A stretch of DNA of 64,000 nucleotides from a virus (taxonomy: Duplodnaviria > Caudoviricetes). A program made the position numbers and the translations under genes. Under the pieces are notes generated by a model that did not search any database, was not told the DNA's origin, and worked only from the letters and a program-made list of their open reading frames with translations. Below are positions 42,010 to 52,565 of the stretch, piece after piece; position 1 is the first letter of the stretch, and each line of letters begins with the position of its first letter. The stretch lies in IMG/VR virus record IMGVR_UViG_2645728028_000002, positions 32,001 through 96,000 of that record; one strand, 5' to 3'.

Positions 42010-42526
42010 TTGAAAAATAACAGCTTTAGTTATTAAAACAACAAAGGAGAGTTTCAAATGATTAGAGTTAGATATGATATCCCTATTGATGAGTATTATT
42101 TCATCCCTACTGGATCAGAAGTTAAATATCTGGGTACTGAGAAAGGATTCTCTGTAATAGAATATAATCAAATAAAGTATGTAGTGAATGAAGGGTATTT
42201 AGAGAAGGTTGAAGCGTTAGTTGGTTAGCTGCAAGGATTTATTCCTTGCGGTAAATCCATAAATGATTATGGGATTACTGGAAGGAATAAGGTAAAATAT
42301 AACTAAATAATATAATCATTTTAATGGGAGGTTTATAAATATGATACCCGATATCTATGTGGATGAATTATATTGTATAAACTGTGGAAGTGAGGAACTG
42401 TCTTGTGAAGGTTCTTTTCCAAGTGGAGATGAATTCATATGCAAAGAATGTAATGATGTCAACTGGGTAGTAAGAAGGAATGACTAAATAAAAGAATCGT
42501 TTTATAAGAATATAGAGGTGAGGAAT

Positions 42527-42720
42527 ATGGATAGTCAAATCAACGATTGTTTTGTTGATATTGTTGGTAGAAAGCCTACAATTAGGGAAATGTGGTACAT
42601 CACTAACAATCTACCTAAAGAAGTTTATCAACTTTCAAAGCAGTGGGGATCAAATGATACTGAAGTCGCAGTTTAATTTTTAGGTGGATAAAAGACAATA
42701 AAGATGTAATTTGCAATTAA
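42527..42720 (+). pseudogene. Probable frameshifted small gene
   Basis: MDSQIND...QWGSNDTEV stops early, while a shifted frame continues SLIFRWIKDNKDVICN-stop. Confidence 0.4.
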
Positions 42721-42738
42721 GAATTATTACATCGTAAA

Positions 42739-43086
42739 TTGGAGGCATTATCAATGAACACTGAAAATAAGCAATGTATTTTTGAAAATTGTAAAGAGGG
42801 GGTTAGATCAAAGGGACTTTGTAAAAACCATTATGCTAATTATATTTACACTAGGAAGACTAAGGGAATTGATTCAGTTGAAGATTATCTAAGGCTTAAG
42901 AAAAATGAAGAAAAAGAAACAAGCAGTAAATTAAGAGAGCAATACAAATCTCTTGAGAGATACGCTGCGGGAATAAACACAGGGACTAATGCGGGGAGAA
43001 GAGAAAGAGGTAATGCAGGTAAATACAAAAAGAGTGTGATTAATCCTGTGTCAATTAAGAAATCATTAGAACGATTGGATGATTAA
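42739..43086 (+). CDS. Hypothetical protein with C..C...GLC..HY zinc motif
   Basis: CIFENC...SKGLCKNHY, a motif often found N-terminal to HNH nucleases. Confidence 0.6.
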   Translation: MEALSMNTENKQCIFENCKEGVRSKGLCKNHYANYIYTRKTKGIDSVEDYLRLKKNEEKETSSKLREQYKSLERYAAGINTGTNAGRRERGNAGKYKKSVINPVSIKKSLERLDD

Positions 43087-43106
43087 AATAAAAGAAATCT
43101 TTCTTA

Positions 43107-43223
43107 GTGATTTGTACCTTCTAGGGAGGCTGTAGAGTCCTCCATCTGGTTTCATTTCTGAGTTTATAGTTTTGGTTTGAGCGATACTGGTCATATCGCT
43201 CCTGCCTAGAGGGTATGAATCGC
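43107..43223 (+). ncRNA. Putative structured RNA (multi-stem)
   Basis: 19-bp closing stem with G-U pairs enclosing two internal hairpins. Confidence 0.5.
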
Positions 43224-43448
43224 AATAAAATTTTAGATTGATTCGAAAAAGGAGTGAAATGAATGAGAATTGACTATAACCTTGATGTTAATTCTTTATT
43301 GGAAATGAGTCAAAGCAATGCATATTTAGAAAAAGGAGATTCTGTTATTATAATGGATAGAGAAACTGGCGAACGTGTAAAAGCAAAAATCATTAATATA
43401 AAAAAGGATGGAACTTATATTCTAAGTAGATATTAAAGAAGCCAATAA

Positions 43449-43622
43449 TTAAATCGACTTCTTCATCCCACAATTACTACACTCTCTAAGGAATTCACCA
43501 TTACCAGCTTTAGATTTAAAATGTGAGTTACCGCAGTTATCACAGCGTCCAGCTTGTTTATCAGGTAATTCCTTATAGGTGTAAACTTTATCAAGATCAA
43601 TATTATTGTAATCGTATTCCAT
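43449..43622 (-). CDS. 57-aa zinc-ribbon protein (not in ORF track)
   Basis: GGGGTGA RBS; MEYDYNN...RCDNCG...RECSNCGMKKSI. Confidence 0.7.
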   Translation of the reverse strand: MEYDYNNIDLDKVYTYKELPDKQAGRCDNCGNSHFKSKAGNGEFLRECSNCGMKKSI

Positions 43623-43688
43623 GATGTCACCCCAGAAGATAATATATCACATGAGATAAAGGAATAAAATATTTGTTTTATAAAGGAA

Positions 43689-43958
43689 GTGTTAGCTTTG
43701 AGAGAAACGATAGTAAATGACTGTGTGGACAATGAAAAGACTTGCTCATGTGGCAATAAGGCTGTTAAAGAAGTTAAAGATCCTGAAGACTTTATTACTG
43801 GTAAAATGGCAGCATATTATTGCTCCGATTGTTTTGAGAAATGGAAAGATAGTAAAGAACCCAATCCAGAAGAGGATTTAGATTTTCTTATAAGTAAAGG
43901 TATTGATCCAGTAGAAGCTGAGAAAATGATTAGTCTCATTCACAACAGAAACAAATAA
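43689..43958 (+). CDS. Hypothetical Cys-containing protein
   Basis: AAGGAAG RBS; CSC...CSDC. Confidence 0.55.
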   Translation: MLALRETIVNDCVDNEKTCSCGNKAVKEVKDPEDFITGKMAAYYCSDCFEKWKDSKEPNPEEDLDFLISKGIDPVEAEKMISLIHNRNK

Positions 43959-44005
43959 AACCTGCTTTAAGTGGCGACTCAAGGCAGGTAATATCTATTA
44001 AACAA

Positions 44006-44164
44006 TCAAGCTATTTCATCGTACCAATCAGTTTCAATGATATCCAGAACATCTAACTCTTTCTTAGATCCATCAGGGAATTCAAAAATTAACGTTCCTT
44101 TCACTGGTAAATTTTTATCAAAGACTTTTCCTACAGCGACAACTTTAATCTCGGCTACATCCAT
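44006..44164 (-). CDS. 52-aa hypothetical protein (not in ORF track)
   Basis: AAGGGAG RBS; MDVAEIKVVAVGK...; divergent from the XRE gene. Confidence 0.55.
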   Translation of the reverse strand: MDVAEIKVVAVGKVFDKNLPVKGTLIFEFPDGSKKELDVLDIIETDWYDEIA

Positions 44165-44291
44165 TGCTTAATCGCTCCCTTTTGCGTTAAAATACAATTA
44201 GTAAATCTTAGTAACACTATCTGTAACTAATTATAGGACGAATTGGAAATAAAAACAATCACAAATAGTTTAATATAGACACACAAAATGG

Positions 44292-45011
44292 GTGTATGGA
44301 GTTGAGAGCATGGAAGTATTAGCTAAAAGATTAAAGTGGCTGCGAAATAAGGAAAGGTATTCTCAAAAGGAAATGGCTGATAAGATTGGTATGACCCCAA
44401 GTGGATATCAGAAGATTGAGTTATCAGAGCGAGATCCTAAGCTCGATGTATTGGTAAAATTCTGCGACATATTTAATGTTAGTGCAGACTTTCTTTTAGG
44501 TAGGGAAGATGATTTTGACTCTTTATATTCTCAAAGGAATGCTTTTCATATGTTAGAGATGAAATTAGCAACATCACTAGTGGAGAAAAAGACTTATGAA
44601 AAGAAAATTAGCGACCTAAGAGACGATCTTATAACTTCTGCTAAAAAGAAAGGATTTGCAGATGAAGAGACATTAAGTATATCTCAGGTATTAGACGAAT
44701 GCATTGCAGTCCATAAAACTTTATCTGAAGAAATCAGTAGGATGAATGATAGGAAACTTGAATTACTTTCTGAGTATATAAAAGAGTTCTTAGAAATTCC
44801 AGATTCAAATGGGGTTGCTGACCGTATTATTTCTAAGTATGCTCCTTATACTGCCTATATTCAGATGACACTGTTTGATGAGAATGAAATACACTTACAT
44901 GGAACTGAAATAGGAAGCTTAGGGCATTTAGGATCGTTTATGTCTTATAAGGAAGCTGAAGATTATCAAATAGATATACTGAAGAGATTAAACGGTACTA
45001 TAAAACAGTGA
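44292..45011 (+). CDS. XRE HTH regulator fused to a Spo0E-like domain
   Basis: N-terminal HTH_3; internal ISDLRDDLITSAKKKGFADEETLSISQVLDECI resembles the Spo0E SQELD signature. Confidence 0.7.
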   Translation: MYGVESMEVLAKRLKWLRNKERYSQKEMADKIGMTPSGYQKIELSERDPKLDVLVKFCDIFNVSADFLLGREDDFDSLYSQRNAFHMLEMKLATSLVEKKTYEKKISDLRDDLITSAKKKGFADEETLSISQVLDECIAVHKTLSEEISRMNDRKLELLSEYIKEFLEIPDSNGVADRIISKYAPYTAYIQMTLFDENEIHLHGTEIGSLGHLGSFMSYKEAEDYQIDILKRLNGTIKQ

Positions 45012-45562
45012 TTTCATTTGGATTTTATAAGGAGTTTTAGCAGCATGAATACCTATTTTGTTAAAGTTTTTAACGGTTATAGGCTCATACATGACGAAGT
45101 TTATTGTGCAGCCAGTAAGAATGATGTTTTAAAAAGTCTGCTTATTGGCTGTGTAATAGATCAGTATACTAAGATTTTAATAGAAGAATGAATTATTGGA
45201 AAAACATTCTGTTTTTCCTTGCGTAATATAAAATAATTTGATAATATAAAGGAGAGGTTAGAAATGGAAAATAAAGATGTTAAACAAGGATTGATCATGG
45301 GCTGCATTCCCTTCCAGAGCTTTCAAGAGAAACGTAAAATTATTCATCAATTAAGGTCAGAGTTTCGCCCTAATCTGCGAATTTGGGAGGAAAATAATAT
45401 GATTACTTATGAATCCTTCACTTCTTATAACTAGACATTCATTTAAGAATAAATAGCAAAATACATAAATAATATAAAATAATTTAATAAAAACTGTTGA
45501 CTAGCACAAGTTATTGTTGTAAGATTAAGGTAACAAATTAACAATAAAAGGGTGACGAGGAA

Positions 45563-46732
45563 ATGGATCAGCGATTAACTATTAAACAATTTATCTTAAA
45601 TGAAATTGAAATTAATCCAAGAGGTTATGCTAAAACATTATCAAACATTGCTGGTTACGGTGATAACTCTGGTAACTTCACGAGAATTTTAAAAGAATCA
45701 AAAAAAGAGTTTGATAAGTTTCAAGGTTTGCTTGATTTAGTATCCTATGTGTTTAAAGATGATGAAATTGCCGCCATGATTCGTTACTCAAAAGAAATTG
45801 ATCCGAATAAGAAAACAGCAAGACAAATGTTAGAGTACTTAGCAATTAATAGGGAGTTTGAAGCATTTAATGAACTGTTAGCTTTGATGGAAAATTGCTC
45901 AAATAAGGAAAGTAGGGAATGGGCGAAAGTTTACAAATTGCAATACGAATATCAATTAAGTAGTACACCTGAGCAGTACAATGATCTAGTCAAAAAAGTT
46001 TCTGAAACAGTTGTTACAGTACCAGAACTAAAAGTGTATAAGAACTTACTATTAAATTATTGTTATAATCAAAAGCAAGATTATGTAATGACATTTTCAC
46101 TTGAAAAAGAAACTAGACAAATGATTAGTGATCTAGAAGAGGATTACATCTACAGAATGTATCAGCTAAGATTAAATGAAATAATGTCATATAATTATCT
46201 AAGAGTAATGAATAATCCAGAGTTAGCTAGAGAATATGCAATGAATGCGTTAAATGAAGAGGACTCGTCACCAGCGTTTAAAGCTTATGCATATTTTATA
46301 AAAGGCTATTCATACATGTTCATTTCATTAGAAAAATCAGAAAAATACTTACAACTGAGTAAGTCCCTGTACATTCAATTAAACAGAAAAAAAGACGTAG
46401 AAGATATTGAGAAGAAAATTGAGTTTATAAAGGTGTATTGGGGTAATTTCACTGGTGAAAACTGTGCGCACACAGTTAACGAAATTCTAAGAAAGATAAA
46501 AAATGGAATAGATGTTTCCAGTGACTTAACTGGAGTTACTGAAATTGATCCTGAGTTAAAACTATTTTTGGAAGGATTAAATAGCAACAGCACAAAAAAG
46601 CTAATGTTGTCTTTAATTAAATATACTAAAAAGAACGATTACTTTCTTGCCAATTTGTCTAAAATTGAATTATTAAAACGTGGGGAAGATCAAGATATAA
46701 TTGATGAATTAACCACCTTCAGATTGGCTTGA
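45563..46732 (+). CDS. aimR: Arbitrium receptor AimR
   Basis: 389 aa, N-terminal HTH then TPR-like helices (ARQMLEYL, SREWAKVY, KGYSYMF, DYFLANL); followed by a signal-peptide mini-gene. Confidence 0.88.
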   Translation: MDQRLTIKQFILNEIEINPRGYAKTLSNIAGYGDNSGNFTRILKESKKEFDKFQGLLDLVSYVFKDDEIAAMIRYSKEIDPNKKTARQMLEYLAINREFEAFNELLALMENCSNKESREWAKVYKLQYEYQLSSTPEQYNDLVKKVSETVVTVPELKVYKNLLLNYCYNQKQDYVMTFSLEKETRQMISDLEEDYIYRMYQLRLNEIMSYNYLRVMNNPELAREYAMNALNEEDSSPAFKAYAYFIKGYSYMFISLEKSEKYLQLSKSLYIQLNRKKDVEDIEKKIEFIKVYWGNFTGENCAHTVNEILRKIKNGIDVSSDLTGVTEIDPELKLFLEGLNSNSTKKLMLSLIKYTKKNDYFLANLSKIELLKRGEDQDIIDELTTFRLA

Positions 46733-46751
46733 AAGGGGGTGAAATAATAAT

Positions 46752-46871
46752 ATGAATAAACGTACTTTTATTTTCGCAATCGTATGTGTTGCTGCAGTTG
46801 TAGCAGGGTTTGCATTTGGTAGTGATTTAATGGGAGCTACATATTTGGCTGATCCTAAACCGGGTGGATGA
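46752..46871 (+). CDS. aimP: Arbitrium pro-peptide AimP (39 aa, not in ORF track)
   Basis: AAAGGGGGTG RBS; MNKRTFIFAIVCVAAVVAGFAFGSDLMGATYLA-DPKPGG. Confidence 0.88.
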   Translation: MNKRTFIFAIVCVAAVVAGFAFGSDLMGATYLADPKPGG

Positions 46872-46900
46872 TTTTTAAAATAAAATAATCAAATGTGTTT

Positions 46901-46933
46901 TAATGGGTGCTATCTTATAGATAGTGCCCATTA
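46901..46933 (+). terminator. Hairpin after aimP
   Basis: TAATGGGTGCTATC-TTATA-GATAGTGCCCATTA with G-U pairs, followed by GTATTTT. Confidence 0.7.
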
Positions 46934-46998
46934 GTATTTTATAAGAACTAATCCAAAAATTTAAAAATAAAAAATTGGACTAAAAGGGGAAATGAGAA

Positions 46999-47193
46999 AT
47001 GAAAAACACTGAGTACACTTTGAGAAAATTACAAGCAGCCTATTTAAAAGTTACTTTAAGAAAAGAAATGGGAAACAATGAAGAGACATGTATGTATTGC
47101 TGGAATTCTGGTTGTGGTTGCGATTCAAAAAGTAACGTAAAAACTGATTCATTTATCAGTCTAACTACAGCGAGTGAATTCAAATATGCATAA
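46999..47193 (+). CDS. Small Cys-rich protein in the aimX position
   Basis: First ORF after aimP; followed by a hairpin at 47198-47238. Confidence 0.5.
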   Translation: MKNTEYTLRKLQAAYLKVTLRKEMGNNEETCMYCWNSGCGCDSKSNVKTDSFISLTTASEFKYA

Positions 47194-47345
47194 GGGGTTT
47201 AGATGGTGTTAAGAAACTGATCTTAATTCCATCTAAACTTATTTTAGTTTTTATTAAAATTATTTAATTTAATACTAGACAATTGGAACTACAACTGATA
47301 AGATTAGAGTAGTTAATAAAACTATTTCTAAGGAGGTGTGTCTCA

Positions 47346-47573
47346 GTGTCTAGTACAGTAGTTTCATTGAGAATATATAAACTTGAGAAACAATATAAAG
47401 ATCATTATAGAACAACTTATGCAAGCTGCGCTAATTTTGGATCAGTAAAGGATGCAGGAGTATTTAAAGCTAAAGTAAAAAGAACACCAGAAGAGATTAA
47501 GAAAGAACTTACATTGGGTTACATGAAACTACTATCAAATAATCAAATAGGGAGTGTTGGTTGTGAAGGTTGA
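47346..47573 (+). CDS. Hypothetical protein
   Basis: AAGGAGGTG RBS. Confidence 0.55.
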   Translation: MSSTVVSLRIYKLEKQYKDHYRTTYASCANFGSVKDAGVFKAKVKRTPEEIKKELTLGYMKLLSNNQIGSVGCEG

Positions 47574-47762
47574 GATTAATGGGGAATTGATTGCACCTGA
47601 AGGAATGACACATGAAGAACTGTTAGATTTATTGTTTAGTGAGTTAAAAAGTAAGGGTGTGCATTTTCGAGGAGAGACTAAGCAGGGGAATTAATACATA
47701 AGAGTATAGATGGACTGTCTTAAAAATTATAATTTTATAAGGAAATGGGGTGAGAATTAACC

Positions 47763-47957
47763 ATGTCTGAATATGAAAAGTGTAAAAGTGACATTGTGTA
47801 CTTTGCTGAGAAGTTTTTAGATTGTACTTTAGCTGAATGGCAAAGAGATTTACTGAGAAGATTTCATAAAGGTGAAGAGTTTATTTTCTCTAGAACAGGA
47901 AAAGGTAAGAAGATGGTTATTTCTGCAATGAATCAGTACAACAAAGTATTTAAATAA
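47763..47957 (+). CDS. 64-aa protein resembling the N-terminal part of a terminase ATPase
   Basis: EYEKCKSDIVYFAEKF...LAEWQRDLL...SRTGKGK. Confidence 0.55.
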   Translation: MSEYEKCKSDIVYFAEKFLDCTLAEWQRDLLRRFHKGEEFIFSRTGKGKKMVISAMNQYNKVFK

Positions 47958-47971
47958 AAGGAGGTATTTAT

Positions 47972-49691
47972 ATGGAAGAGTACTATTTAATCTTTAATGA
48001 TGGAGAAGAAGAAATTCTTAAGTTACATGTTTACCATGAAGAACACTACGCTAAAGAAGAAATTTATACAATTGTAAAAAAAATTAGCAAAAAATGCTTT
48101 GAAAAGTATGGGGAAAATGTAGAGGAATGGCTTTATAAAAATTACATTCAATATGCCCTTACTCATGATTATGATTTTACTTATAATCAACCAGTAAATA
48201 TTTTTAAGTATGAAATGACAGATAAGTATTTGGATTCATTAAATTAGAATATAAGATTTTATAGGAAAGGAGAAAATCCAGTGGAGTCTTTATTTAAAGA
48301 AGAAAGTATAATTAAATCAAAAACTAAAAAAGTGGATTCAAAGGTGATTCTGCAGTTCAAGTCTTTAGGTTTAGATTTTCATCCAGACACATTTGAGCAT
48401 TTTAGGGGAAACGACTCAATTTATTTAGATGCGTTGAGGGAGATTGATACTCATATAAGAGCAACCAAAGATCCAGTTCCTTTTATTATTGATACATTGA
48501 AAAAGACTTTGCCAGAATATAATGATCAGCACACAAATAGGTTATAATCATTACGGGTGATTAGAATGAATAAAAACGACTTAGCAAATAATCTTACTAC
48601 ATTACTGAATACAAAATTAGACTATTCAGGTGAATTTAACACGCTATTCTTCATCGAAAAAGATCAAAATGGAACGGTAATTAAATTTCTAAATAAAGAC
48701 CACTATAACTACATATTGAAACACTTGAGAGGTGAGCTGGTTGATGTAATTGGTGGAGAAGTAAAAGTAACTCATTTAAATCTTGAAACATCTCCAGTCA
48801 CTATGAAGAACTTCGAGAATGCTAAAGGAATAACAGTTAGACCTATTAGCCCAATTAAGAAAGAAAAGGTTGAGTTGCCTACAATAAGGAATAGAACAAT
48901 TAAGGAAATAGAGAAATTTTTGTCTGATGAATTTCATGTGCTTATGGAAAAACAGCAAGAATTAAGAGATCAGCATGAAGACTATATTGAAAAATTGCAA
49001 TATGCATATAACTATGGGGAGGTTGGATTTCTTGTCAAACTAAATAGCTATCTGCAGAAAATTAAAGATTATGAGGAGGAGTGAAATATTGATAGCTAAA
49101 GATGAATATGTTTTGAAGAGAATCAAGTCGACTGTTAATCATCATATTGAGAAGAAATCAAAATTAAATCCAGATAGTCTAATGAATTATATCGAACAAT
49201 TAGAGTTTGACTATGATATGGAGAAAGCATACAGACCTGAAGTATTAATGAAGGAGAATGACAATGAGTAGAAAAGGAATGGATATCAAACAACTGAATG
49301 AATTTATGAAGAAATGCAGCGAGAAATATAATGTAAGATATGTAACTCCAACTATTCATCCAAAATTTAAATCAGCTGTTGCAGTCACAATACATACCAG
49401 TGATGAGAGTATGGAATTTACAATAACAAATAATCCTGATGAGAATTTTGATTTGAATCAATCAGTTAATAAGTATCTAGATAAGTTGAATTAATTAAAT
49501 GTAGGAGGTTTGTAATGTATAGGTGTTATTTAAACGGTAAATTTTACGGCACTGGAAACTTAAAGTATATGCAGGAGTTATTTGTTGATTATGTAGTTAC
49601 TTGTGAGATGTATGGAAAGAATCAGGCTGAATTTAAAATCATAAAGTTGTGGAATGAAGGCGAAGAACCAATAGGGACTACTGATGTCTAA
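47972..49691 (+). CDS. Cluster of small hypothetical genes (47972, 48281, 48557, 49071, 49258, 49515)
   Basis: Consecutive or overlapping plus-strand ORFs with RBSs. Confidence 0.6.
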
Positions 49692-49722
49692 ATAAATTAT
49701 CAGCTTTATAAGGAGTGATATT

Positions 49723-50433
49723 ATGAGGAAAGATTCATTTAAAGCATTGGTAGGATCACACAATTACAATCTGAACACGGATGATTCCGATAAAGACTAT
49801 AAGGTTTTCTTTTATCCATCATTCGATGACTTGTATTCAGGAGAGAAGTATTCTAAAGTAATGACTGGAGAAACAGAAGATGTTGAGTATCATGATATCA
49901 GGAAGCTGCCTGATATGCTGTGGAAGAGCAATGTGAATTTCTTAGAAGTTTTATTTTCAACTGAAATAATTGAATACGATGGGCTATTTAAAGAGATACA
50001 AAGCAAACGTGAGTATATCGCAAGTATGAATCTACCTTGTCTATACGATGCTTGCATGGGAATGTATTTTAAGAAAAAGAAAGAATATGAAAGAGATGTG
50101 TTAAAAGGTGAATGGAAGAAAGTATACAAGCATGTAATGTCAGCAGTAAGAATTGTGGATTTCTTACAAAGATATGAAAGTTCAAATTGGAACTTTTCTA
50201 AAGCTATTACATATCAAGATCATGAGTATATGAGAGGTACATTATTAAATATTAGAAATGGTCAATATCAATCTGACAATGAGTTGGATGTTTTTATTGA
50301 AGGATCAGAAAAACTTATGGCTGCCATTAAGGGTGTGTATAAGAACAAGAAAGAAGATTTAACAACTAAGGAATGGCTCTATAAGACTGTTAAATGGGAA
50401 GTTGAAGAGAAAATATTTATGGAATTGCAATAA
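49723..50433 (+). CDS. Pol-beta-superfamily nucleotidyltransferase (YcgL/NrdC.11-like)
   Basis: VGSHNYNLNTDDSDKDYK = GS...DxD motif; NVNFLEVLFS. Confidence 0.8.
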   Translation: MRKDSFKALVGSHNYNLNTDDSDKDYKVFFYPSFDDLYSGEKYSKVMTGETEDVEYHDIRKLPDMLWKSNVNFLEVLFSTEIIEYDGLFKEIQSKREYIASMNLPCLYDACMGMYFKKKKEYERDVLKGEWKKVYKHVMSAVRIVDFLQRYESSNWNFSKAITYQDHEYMRGTLLNIRNGQYQSDNELDVFIEGSEKLMAAIKGVYKNKKEDLTTKEWLYKTVKWEVEEKIFMELQ

Positions 50434-50467
50434 AACATTTATATTATCGTGAATTGGAGGATATAGG

Positions 50468-51817
50468 ATGAATTTTAAAAGTATTGATCTTGTATTGGAA
50501 AACTGTGAAGTAATAACAGTTGAACGTAAGTATATGGGGCATCTTTATATGTCGAACTTTAACACTACAATTTCTAGGCATGATAAAAAACTTTTGAGCA
50601 GCGAAGTGGTTAATGAGTTTGCAATAGAAATACACAGAAGTTTAGACGAAACTACAAATAAACAAGGATTGTTTGATAAGTATAGTCCAATTGAGAGGTT
50701 GAGAAAGTATTCTGACATAACGCAAATTGAAATTACATACGAAGATAATAGCAAGAAGCATGTCTATACTCATTGGCATGATGAAGACGAATATGATAAT
50801 AGGTATCAAAAAAGTAAATTAAATAATTTTGGAGATTTATATATTGTCATTTCTGAAGCTAAGGATATTGATTACTATTTTCAAGATGAGACAATAAACG
50901 ATTCAGATATGGTGGAATGGAACTGGGACAATTTTAAGGAGGGTAAGTTGTGACTGGTTATTATGTTTTGGCTTCCGTTGAGTGTAATATGATTTATGCT
51001 ATGCACAATAAAGTATACCTAACTGAAGGAATGGCTAGAGGCGCTTTGAAGTTACTATGTAAGTTTAATAGAAATAAATATGAAAATTATGAGGTTTGGG
51101 GAATAAGTGACTTAACAAAAATCACTAAGAAATGATCCATTTATAGGAGGAATATATAATGAGTAAAGAAACATGGAACAAAGGTTATCAAGAGGTCAGA
51201 AATGTTATTCATAACGAGATAGGTATAACAAAGGAAGAAGTATTGAAAGTATTTCAACAAGTAGCAAAAGACGAAATTCAAAAGATTGTTTCTGAGAAAA
51301 GTGGGTTTATCTATCAATCTATAAAGGAAATAATTAGTCACGAGATGATAAAGGCAATTCAAGATCACAAATATCCAAAACTAACAGGGAGCCTGTGGTA
51401 TTATGGGCATGAAGGAAGAGGTATAGACACATTTAAAGATTATGTGTCAGGTGTGATGAAAGAAGAGATAGTGAAAACTTTAAGTGAGCAATTTGAAATT
51501 AACCTAAATGTAAATAAAAAGTAGATTTCATGGTGAAATGAGGGGAAGAAATGAGTAAAGCAATTAACTCAATAAATAAAGTCATTGATGAGGTTAGAAT
51601 ACTTGAAGAAGAAATTAGAGAATTAAAAAGAGACAAAACACAGGCTGAGGCTTTTTGTGCAACTGTGATAAAGAAGTATGGAGAGAAAGTTGATATTGAG
51701 ATAAATTTACTTGAAATTTTTAAGAGTGATTTTGAAAAAGTCAAACTTTATCCGACTGTGGAAAGTAAATTGAATGTTAAAGTGAAATATATTGAAGAGA
51801 AAGATGAGACAAATTAA
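50468..51817 (+). CDS. Four hypothetical genes (50468, 50950, 51159, 51551)
   Basis: RBSs; separated by junction motifs. Confidence 0.6.
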
Positions 51818-52161
51818 TTTATCTCATCCATAAGTTTAATAATCAAATTCAATTGTTCATCAGATAGTTTCCTTGCCTTAAGTAATAATTCCTGTTCTGT
51901 CTCACTTAACACTTTATCAGCGCTATTATTAGAATTTACATAACCAGTTAACACCATCAACTCATCATAAGATACGTTAAGAAGATGCTGCGAAAGAGTT
52001 TTCAGTGTCTGAGGATCAGGTTTCTGAGTATTGTTTTCAATTCTAGTCACAGTTGCATTAGATATTCCAGATTTAATTGCAAGTTGTCTAGCACTTTTAT
52101 ACCCACTAGAGATTCGAATTTGTTTAAAGGATTCACCGAAAGTATTTTTCATATTTATCAC
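51814..52161 (-). CDS. XRE HTH regulator
   Basis: FGESFKQIR...SARQLAIKSGISNATVTRIEN...PDPQTL. Confidence 0.8.
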   Translation of the reverse strand: MINMKNTFGESFKQIRISSGYKSARQLAIKSGISNATVTRIENNTQKPDPQTLKTLSQHLLNVSYDELMVLTGYVNSNNSADKVLSETEQELLLKARKLSDEQLNLIIKLMDEIN

Positions 52162-52199
52162 CAGATTAATTTTAACATAATGGAAGGTGAGGTGAGAAC

Positions 52200-52553
52200 T
52201 TGTTTAAAGTTGTGGTTGCTGGAGGAAGAGATTTTAATGATTATGAGTTACTAAAAGAAACATTGAATCACCTATTACAAAAGAAATTACCTGATGTTGA
52301 AATTGTCTCTGGAGCAGCAAGAGGAGCAGATTCACTTGGAGAAAGATACGCACAAGAACTTGATTTAAGTTTACATAGAAAACCTGCATATTGGGAGAAA
52401 TTAGGCAAAAGTGATGGATACAGAAGAAATGCTGAAATGGCTAAATATGCAGATGCAGCAGTTTGTTTTTGGGATGGAAAAAGTAAGGGAACTAAACATA
52501 TGATTGACCTAGCTGAGAAAGAAGGATTGCAAATTAAAGTAATTAAATATTAG
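52200..52553 (+). CDS. SLOG-superfamily protein (YspA/DUF2493-like)
   Basis: VVVAGGRDF, IVSGAARGAD, RRNAEMA, FWDGKSKGT. Confidence 0.82.
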   Translation: MFKVVVAGGRDFNDYELLKETLNHLLQKKLPDVEIVSGAARGADSLGERYAQELDLSLHRKPAYWEKLGKSDGYRRNAEMAKYADAAVCFWDGKSKGTKHMIDLAEKEGLQIKVIKY

Positions 52554-52565
52554 GGGAGTGTAAAC

